Below, in pieces: positions 57,682 through 64,000 of a stretch of 64,000 bases of DNA. Each line of letters begins with the position of its first letter. Positions within the stretch are counted from its first letter, which is position 1. A program made the position numbers and the translations under genes. The notes below the pieces were generated by a model. It worked only from the letters and a program-made list of their open reading frames with translations. It had not been told where the DNA came from and made no database searches. The DNA is from Bdellovibrionota bacterium (GTDB lineage: Bacteria; Bdellovibrionota_C; UBA2361; JAAYZI01). The stretch covers positions 352,001-416,000 of the forward strand of contig JBMNIF010000002.1 in the NCBI GenBank assembly GCA_050950765.1, in the 5' to 3' direction.

Positions 57682-58482
57682 ATGCGCTTTAAGATAGCAG
57701 CTAGACAAAACAACTCCGACTCTAAGATTGAAAAAGATCACTACCGTGAGATAGAAGATAATCTAAATTATCACTTTAAAGATATCACATATCTGCAACG
57801 TGCTTTAACACACCGTTCCGCTCCCGTCGCACACGGTGCCGGAAATGATTACGAAAGGTTAGAGTTCTTGGGAGATGCCGTCTTAGATCTCGTTGTTGCC
57901 GACCTCTTACTCTCGGCACATCAGAACATCAAAGAAGGTGAGCTATCAAAGATGCGCGCCGCTTTAGTAAATACACTCTCTCTCGCTGAGATCGCCCGCA
58001 CAGTTAAACTTGGAAAATATATTAAACTCAGTCGCGGCGAATTAGCTAACGGTGGAGCAGACCGTCCTTCAATCTTAGCTGATGTCTTTGAAGCTACTAT
58101 CGGTGCTATCTACAAAGATGCTGGATATGCACAGGTCTTCGAATGTATCAAAAGCCTCTTCGGCGATAAGATCTCAACAGTCACCCCGATCGATCCGAAA
58201 ACAGAGCTGCAAGAAGCTCTGCACCTAGCAGGTAGCGAAGCTCCAAACTATCTTTTAGAATGCGTAGAAGGTCCCGAGCACGCCCCTACTTTTATATCAG
58301 TTGTTGAAGTTGATAAGCAGATCGTTGGACGTGGCAGCGGTCCCACCAAAAAAGCATCACAACAAGCAGCTGCAGCAGAAGCTTTAGAAAGACTACTTAA
58401 AGAAGATGAGATAGATCACACTTTCTTTACAATTGATGCACAAAATTTAATCCAGAACCACACAGCAGAGATGGAGGACTAA
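57682..58482 (+). CDS. rnc: Ribonuclease III
   Basis: ALTHRS, ERLEFLGDAVL signature, EGELSK.RA, LADVFEA.IGAIY.D and a dsRBD (DPKT.LQE, G.G.TKK.SQQ.AA). Confidence 0.97.
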   Translation: MRFKIAARQNNSDSKIEKDHYREIEDNLNYHFKDITYLQRALTHRSAPVAHGAGNDYERLEFLGDAVLDLVVADLLLSAHQNIKEGELSKMRAALVNTLSLAEIARTVKLGKYIKLSRGELANGGADRPSILADVFEATIGAIYKDAGYAQVFECIKSLFGDKISTVTPIDPKTELQEALHLAGSEAPNYLLECVEGPEHAPTFISVVEVDKQIVGRGSGPTKKASQQAAAAEALERLLKEDEIDHTFFTIDAQNLIQNHTAEMED

Positions 58483-59861
58483 TGGGGAAACGTATTCCGA
58501 CCGTCGCCATTGTTGGGCGCGCCAACGTCGGTAAATCAACACTTTTTAATGCACTCGTTGGGCGCAAGGTTTCTATCGTAAAGGATAAGCCAGGGGTAAC
58601 TAGAGATCGTAACTATGCCTTAGTTCGAAAGTTTCCCGTACCTTTTACACTGATTGATACAGGCGGACTTCTGCATGACGACGATATCGCTTTACAGGAA
58701 TCAATCAAGAATCAGACCGATATCGCTATTCAAGAGGCTGATTTAATCTTAGCCCTATTGGACGGACTTAACGGAGTGCATCCAAATGATCACGATATTG
58801 TGAACCTCCTCCGTTGCACATCCAAACCTGTCATCTGGGTTGTTAATAAATGCGAAAAGCCTTCCATAGAGGCAAACGCTTGTGAGTTCTTCGAGCTGGG
58901 CATAGAAGATCCCTTCCGAATTAGCGCAGCACATAACGTCAATATTAAACAGCTCTTAGCTAAGATCAGAGATGTGTTGCAACTTGGAGACCCTGAGAAC
59001 TTCATTGATTCTGAAGAGGAAGAGAGCGGTGTCATCCGCATCGCTGTGATCGGACGTCCGAACGTCGGAAAGTCCACCTTTATCAACACAATCTTAGGTG
59101 AAAGTCGTCTGATTACATCTGATATCGCTGGAACTACTCGAGATAGTATCGATACACCCCTAAAACGTGAGGGGCGCGATCTCGTTCTGGTCGATACCGC
59201 AGGACTACGCAAAAAAAGTAAGGTCGATAATGCTGGGCTTGAATATGCAGGTAACGAAAGAACGATTCGCGCCTTAGCAACTTGCGATGTTGCAATACTC
59301 GTCCTCGATGTAACGCGCGGCGAACCTGCTGAACAAGATGCCAAAATCGCAGGACTAATTCACGAACGTGGTAGATCTTTAGTTATTGTTGCTAATAAAT
59401 GGGATGCCGTAGAAAAAGACCACAAATCTGCTAAAAAATATAAAGATGCCATCTATGAAGCGTTCAAGTTCGTAAAATATGCACCTGTTCTCTTCACCTC
59501 TGCCAATACCGGTAGACGCTGCCCACAAGTTATAAAAAAAGCTATCGAGGTTTACGATACCGCACGTATCAGAATACCCACCTCAGAGTTAAACAAGATC
59601 ATCTCTGAGGCTTTTGAAAAACATCAACCGCCAACACATCGCGGAAATATCGTGAAGATCTTCTTCGCCGTACAGATTAGCGTTGCACCACCAACGATTG
59701 TACTCTTCGTAAATCATCCTGATAAAATAAACTTCTCTTATCAACGTTACTTAACAAACGCTATCAGAGAAAAATACCCTTACGAAGGTGTAAAAATAAA
59801 ACTTATCGTAAAAAAACGCACCTCCGCCGGACAGGAAAAAAAGAAGCTTAAAGGTTTTTGA
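58482..59861 (+). CDS. der: Ribosome biogenesis GTPase Der/EngA
   Basis: Two G domains (GRANVGKST/GVTRD/DTGG/NKCE and GRPNVGKST/GTTRD/DTAG/NKWD) plus a KH-like domain. Confidence 0.96.
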   Translation: MGKRIPTVAIVGRANVGKSTLFNALVGRKVSIVKDKPGVTRDRNYALVRKFPVPFTLIDTGGLLHDDDIALQESIKNQTDIAIQEADLILALLDGLNGVHPNDHDIVNLLRCTSKPVIWVVNKCEKPSIEANACEFFELGIEDPFRISAAHNVNIKQLLAKIRDVLQLGDPENFIDSEEEESGVIRIAVIGRPNVGKSTFINTILGESRLITSDIAGTTRDSIDTPLKREGRDLVLVDTAGLRKKSKVDNAGLEYAGNERTIRALATCDVAILVLDVTRGEPAEQDAKIAGLIHERGRSLVIVANKWDAVEKDHKSAKKYKDAIYEAFKFVKYAPVLFTSANTGRRCPQVIKKAIEVYDTARIRIPTSELNKIISEAFEKHQPPTHRGNIVKIFFAVQISVAPPTIVLFVNHPDKINFSYQRYLTNAIREKYPYEGVKIKLIVKKRTSAGQEKKKLKGF

Positions 59862-60091
59862 CCTCCGCTAACACCATAGTAGCTTTTGCAAAGCAGTTGT
59901 CCCAAGAAAAAGAAAGATAAAGCTTCTAAAATTTTGACCTCCCTTAACACCATAGTAGCTTTTACAAAGCAGTTGTCCCAAGAAAAAGAAAGATAAAAAC
60001 TCTTAAATTTTTTACCTCCGCTAACACCATAGTAGCTTTTGCAGAACTACTGTCCCAAGAAAAAGAAAGATAAAAACTCTTAAATTTTGAC
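59856..60091. repeat. Three tandem ~77-bp repeats overlapping the der stop codon
   Basis: TTTTGACCTCCGCTAACACCATAGTAGCTTTTGCAAAGCAGTTGTCCCAAGAAAAAGAAAGATAAA...TAAA, three times. Confidence 0.9.
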
Positions 60092-60514
60092 TAGCCAAAC
60101 ACACGGCAGCAGACCTTACCGTACAGAGACACAACGCCGACCTCCCCCCCCCCTCTCTATCCGCAAGGTGTTTAAATGGTTTGGCAATACTGCCCAACTC
60201 GTATATAATAATCTGTTATTATTAAATATTTTTACAATCTTTAAAGTAACGCCACCTCCCCAGTAGTAACTTTTTGAATCTTTTTAGGACATTAAATACT
60301 CTTGATTTATATGCAGTTTTTGCGGATCATCACGGGCGGTTGTGTTTTATTCGGCTTCGTCCTTATTAAATAACATAAGGGAAAGAAGTGGTTACGCAGC
60401 AATATGTATGCTTTTATTTAATAACACACCTTTGTTCTGTTTTTGGACGTTCTGTTTTTTGTAAACAGTTGAAACGAACGATTTAGACGATGGTGTTTTT
60501 TTGGAGAACTATTT

Positions 60515-61117
60515 TTGAAGGGATTTTATCGAGGACGCCGACCAGGCGTAAAACCTGACGCTAATGAAACTCACCGTATTAATGATCGTATTCTTGCACG
60601 TGAAGTACGTCTAATCTCCGATGAAGGAGAACAACTTGGCATTGTCAGCACCAGAGAAGCTTTGAGGATGGCAGAAGAAGCAGGGCTGGATTTAGTTGAA
60701 GTATCAGAAGATGCACGTCCACCCGTTTGTCGCTTAATGGATTACGGCAAACTTAAATATAGAGAGCAGAAGAAAGCTGCAGAAGCTAGAAAAAAGAGAA
60801 CGGAAATTGTTATTAAAGAGTTGCGCTTAAGATATCGTACTGATGTCGGCGACTTTGAAACGAAGATACGTCAAGCTCGCGATTTCTTGCAAAATGGAGA
60901 TAAAGTTAAATTTTCCATGCGCTTCAAAGGTCGCGAAGCGATGTATGTTAACTTGGGCGTAGAAAAATTTAATGAGGTTGCTGAACGTCTAAAAGATATC
61001 GCAGTCATTGATGATCAATCACCTGCCTTTGGTCGTCAAATTCATATAACCTTCGCACCACTTAAAGGAAAAGCAGCACCTGCTACTCCTGCTGCTCCAA
61101 AATCAGAAAAAGAGTAA
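60515..61117 (+). CDS. infC: Translation initiation factor IF-3
   Basis: INDRI.AREVRLI..EGEQLGIV, LDLVEV, PPVCRLMDYGK, GDKVK..MRFKGRE; TTG start 8 nt after GGAG. Confidence 0.96.
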   Translation: MKGFYRGRRPGVKPDANETHRINDRILAREVRLISDEGEQLGIVSTREALRMAEEAGLDLVEVSEDARPPVCRLMDYGKLKYREQKKAAEARKKRTEIVIKELRLRYRTDVGDFETKIRQARDFLQNGDKVKFSMRFKGREAMYVNLGVEKFNEVAERLKDIAVIDDQSPAFGRQIHITFAPLKGKAAPATPAAPKSEKE

Positions 61118-61128
61118 TTGCAAATCGT

Positions 61129-62394
61129 ATGGATAAGAATTTACCTAATGCTACTGCAAAAGATCTGTATGCTTTAAGTAGCGCTAAATTAGCAAAAGCT
61201 GTCTTCAACGGTGATGTTCCGGAAAAGTTTATCAGAGAGTTACCAGCACAGAGCCTATTTTTATTGGTAAAACATAACGGACTAGATTCCTCTGCTGATT
61301 TAATAGAGATGGCAAGCGTCAAACAGTGTCGTCTACTGTTAGACTTTGATTGTTGGCAAGGAGATGATTTTTATGAAGATAACTTCTGGAACTGGTTGGC
61401 AATTACTGATGCTAATGAGAATTTAAAACTTCTAAAAAAAATTATTACAGTTGCAGATTTAAATATCATCTCTCTACTACTCGCTAAATATGTGCAGTGG
61501 ATAACTTTAGAAGAACCTACCGATCAGCCACCTGCGGCGGAATACTACACTCCAGATAAAGGAACAACGTGGTTAAACATCAATGCTCCTGATTCGGATA
61601 AAACTTTTTTGCTGGGGCGGATGTTAGCGATGATCTTTGAAAACGATGCTGAGCTCTTTTATCAACTCTTAGCGACAACGGGTGCGCTGACAAACAGTGA
61701 GATAATCGAAGAAGCTTATCAAAACAAGGTTAAACGTTTAGCTGCAGAGGGTATCCCTGACGATGAATTTGCTTATACCGTCAATGCACCACTTTCTGAT
61801 AAAGAGGTCTCCGCTATCCTAAACAAAGACTCTTCTTTAAAAGGAGTCATAAATGATATTCGAACGATCGGTCCTTTAATTTACGACTCTATGACGGTGC
61901 AACCTCTACGCGGGTTATTATCAAAGATCCAACCGCGCGATGAGTTTGAAGCGGAGTTAACCTTAATTATGAACTGCGCCGTCCTGCGCTTTAAAGTTGA
62001 CCTTTGGGAGAGCGAAGAATTACAAGCTTTATGTGAAAAGGTTAAAGGAGCTATAAATATCGGTTTAGAAGGTGCCACCACACTGGCTCCCAACCTCTTG
62101 GATATTGAGATCTATCAGAAACTTGGTTTGCAAAAACTATACAGGTTCGGGATGTGGCAGATTATGAATTTGCAGAAGCAAGCGAAAAAACTTCCGAAAG
62201 AAAAACTAACCTCTCTTCCTCCTGAAATTTTTTCATTAGTTGCTGGAGCATTAGAAATTATCCCAGTATTTCCACGTTGTTTAAATAGTGATGGTAGCGT
62301 TAATAAATCAGAGGATGGAAAATTAGAATCAGGCTATCACCCGTTTGAACATAAGCAGCAACTCGATCTGGCAAACTCGTTACTACCGAAATAA
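61129..62394 (+). CDS. Conserved hypothetical protein (DUF6178-like)
   Basis: 421-aa ORF 11 nt after infC; LLDFDCW..D, RLAAEG.P and INIGLE resemble DUF6178 proteins as I recall them; not searched. Confidence 0.6.
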   Translation: MDKNLPNATAKDLYALSSAKLAKAVFNGDVPEKFIRELPAQSLFLLVKHNGLDSSADLIEMASVKQCRLLLDFDCWQGDDFYEDNFWNWLAITDANENLKLLKKIITVADLNIISLLLAKYVQWITLEEPTDQPPAAEYYTPDKGTTWLNINAPDSDKTFLLGRMLAMIFENDAELFYQLLATTGALTNSEIIEEAYQNKVKRLAAEGIPDDEFAYTVNAPLSDKEVSAILNKDSSLKGVINDIRTIGPLIYDSMTVQPLRGLLSKIQPRDEFEAELTLIMNCAVLRFKVDLWESEELQALCEKVKGAINIGLEGATTLAPNLLDIEIYQKLGLQKLYRFGMWQIMNLQKQAKKLPKEKLTSLPPEIFSLVAGALEIIPVFPRCLNSDGSVNKSEDGKLESGYHPFEHKQQLDLANSLLPK

Positions 62395-62424
62395 AAATTA
62401 TTAAAAAAGATAAAGCTCCCCCTC

Positions 62425-62940
62425 TTATTTCTTCTTTTTTCCCTTTTTACCTGACTTAGGTGCTTTCTCATCTTTCTTTTTTGTAGTGTCACCTGTTGTC
62501 TTTTGCTGAGGAGCAACTTGAAGTACCACTTCATTACATACTATCTCTGATACAAAACTATCCAAGCACTCGCCCTGCATATTTTCGCAATCTCGCATTA
62601 TCGCATCTTCTAAAGACTTTCTCGCAGAAAAATTAAGGGTGGCTAAGATAGTTGAACTTTGAATAAAACGGTTGGAGATGCAGCCCGTCATATTTTCATG
62701 TTTATCAGAGCAAAGTTTTTTAGCTCTACGCCGTTGCTTTTTTGCAATCTTGTTAATTTTATCTCGAGCTTCAGCCTCCGTTGCACCATTTGCTCCGATA
62801 TCATTTACAACAACTTTAATAGCATCCCCCTGCCCATCTTTCTTTTTCCAGTTATATCCGACTTCAGTTGAACAAGAGAAATCAGCCAGCACAAGGTTTG
62901 GCAAAAATATCAATATTACGGTAATAACGGTTCTTTTCAT
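62425..62940 (-). CDS. Hypothetical secreted protein with six Cys and a Lys-rich tail
   Basis: Signal peptide MKRTVITVILIFLPNLVLA; 171 aa. Confidence 0.7.
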   Translation of the reverse strand: MKRTVITVILIFLPNLVLADFSCSTEVGYNWKKKDGQGDAIKVVVNDIGANGATEAEARDKINKIAKKQRRRAKKLCSDKHENMTGCISNRFIQSSTILATLNFSARKSLEDAIMRDCENMQGECLDSFVSEIVCNEVVLQVAPQQKTTGDTTKKKDEKAPKSGKKGKKKK

Positions 62941-63006
62941 AGAAGTTGCTTAACATAAAGAAGAGATAGAACATAGATAATATTTTTTAATTTATTTTTT
63001 GGAAGG

Positions 63007-63168
63007 TGGTAAAAGCCCGTAACAGAACTCTCACTCACTGGGACTTGATGGTAAAAGCCCGTAACAAAAATTAGACTCAATGGGACTTGATGGTAAAAGC
63101 CCGTAACAGAACTTACACTCGCTAGGACTTAGTGACAAAAGCCTGTGGGAAATTAGACTCGCTAGACC
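63007..63168. repeat. About four tandem 42-bp repeats
   Basis: TGGTAAAAGCCCGTAACA-N6-7-(c/g)ACTC..TGGGACTTGA at 63007, 63049 and 63091, with a degenerate copy at 63133. Confidence 0.88.
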
Positions 63169-63179
63169 ATACTTGGCAT

Positions 63180-63218
63180 AAAAAAACCCGCTTTTAATGA
63201 AATCATTAAAAGCGGGTT
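63180..63218 (-). terminator. Intrinsic terminator for the 63268..63603 gene
   Basis: Inverted repeat AACCCGCTTTTAATG / CATTAAAAGCGGGTT, followed on the minus strand by a T run. Confidence 0.8.
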
Positions 63219-63267
63219 ATACGTCTTTCTGTATCTTAGGGAGAGATTGTATTTGTAAAAAACCTAG

Positions 63268-63603
63268 TTAACTTGCTTCTTTCATGAAATACCAAGGAGC
63301 TGTCCTACGTTCCCCCCGTTTCGGCATTGCTGCTATCAGGTCAGCAATCCTTTGCGGTTCCAAGTCCAGCTGATGGCATACCCACGCGAACGAAAATTCT
63401 ATATACGGTGGATCCATCCTTTGCTTAAAGATCCACTCTTCGGCTTCTTTAACTTCATGTCGAGAGTTGCCGACATAATCTCTGATAGCTCTTTCTAGGA
63501 CAGCCATTAAGAGATTCCTTTCCGGAGTTCCTGTAAGATTCGGTTCACCATAAATTTCAAAGCCGTCTTCATCACAAATATACGAACAACTTTCAGTAGT
63601 CAT
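63268..63603 (-). CDS. Small conserved hypothetical protein
   Basis: GGAG RBS; PERNLLMAVLERAIRDY...AEEWI...FSFAWVC..LDL.P..I. Confidence 0.75.
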   Translation of the reverse strand: MTTESCSYICDEDGFEIYGEPNLTGTPERNLLMAVLERAIRDYVGNSRHEVKEAEEWIFKQRMDPPYIEFSFAWVCHQLDLEPQRIADLIAAMPKRGERRTAPWYFMKEAS

Positions 63604-63754
63604 AAATCAGTTCTCCAATAGAGAAAAAAGTATTGCCTTTTTAAAATCACAAGAGAGACGTACAAGGCTAAAAAATATTCATTTAAAATCTATTTTTTTT
63701 AGATCTTTAGTAGCTACTGGAGAAAATAGAACTGTATTTTATTTTATAGGGTGA

Positions 63755-64000
63755 TTAGACTATCCCACCTTTAGTCATTTTTACAATATCAATCAAAATA
63801 TCGAGATCTTCAGGGGTGGTAAGACCTGCTGCTAGAGCGGCTTCTTTAATTGATAGATTCTCCGTTACAGCTTTTTTAGCTACCTGCGCCGCCGCATCAT
63901 ACCCTAACGTTGGAACCAGCGCCGTACAATTTGAAAGGCTTGCTTCCGCAAAAAACTTACACCGATCTTCATTAGCGGAGATCCCCGCAATACATTTTTC
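63755..64000 (-). CDS. C-terminus of aspartate ammonia-lyase / class II fumarase (partial)
   Basis: Hand translation EKCIAGISANEDRC...TALVPTLGYDAAAQVAKKA...MTKGGIV*; TAL.P.LGY..AA..AK.A is the AspA/FumC C-terminal motif. Confidence 0.88.
   Translation of the reverse strand, partial: EKCIAGISANEDRCKFFAEASLSNCTALVPTLGYDAAAQVAKKAVTENLSIKEAALAAGLTTPEDLDILIDIVKMTKGGIV

Noticed and set aside
60144..60153. C10 tract as a phase-variation switch
   Set aside because: Intergenic, about 360 nt from infC and not evidently within a promoter.
63007..63168. Mini-CRISPR or coding repeat
   Set aside because: The variable parts are only about 12 nt and related to each other; stops interrupt all frames checked.

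Overview
AT-rich bacterial chromosomal window, probably from a Gram-negative Deltaproteobacteria/Bdellovibrionota-like organism (inferred from gene content, not verified). Most of it is housekeeping: LPS and glycan genes (GT9, CgeB-like GT, kdsD, GT-C, hldD), rpmH-rnpA-yidD-yidC-mnmE, a sulfate ABC transporter, topoisomerase IV, murE, mlaCDFE, rlmE, an HtrA protease, lysC-dapB-dapA-dapF, rnc-der, infC and a partial aspA/fumC. The stand-out locus (37343-46189) is a Tad-pilus minor-pilin cassette with no assembly machinery. It contains a TadE-like pilin, a 1732-aa TadE-like pilin with a ~1550-aa tail of CxC repeats (about 200 Cys by hand count), a TadG-like vWA/MIDAS protein and a solute-binding-fold protein. 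Also notable: a ~1.07-kb modular non-coding repeat mosaic (23780-24845), several smaller intergenic tandem repeats, a highly structured rnc leader, a CysA-USP fusion and a plant-type aspartokinase. The stretch ~1390-2990 is full of single-base insertions that look like sequencing error. I found no rRNA, tRNA, CRISPR array or transposase.
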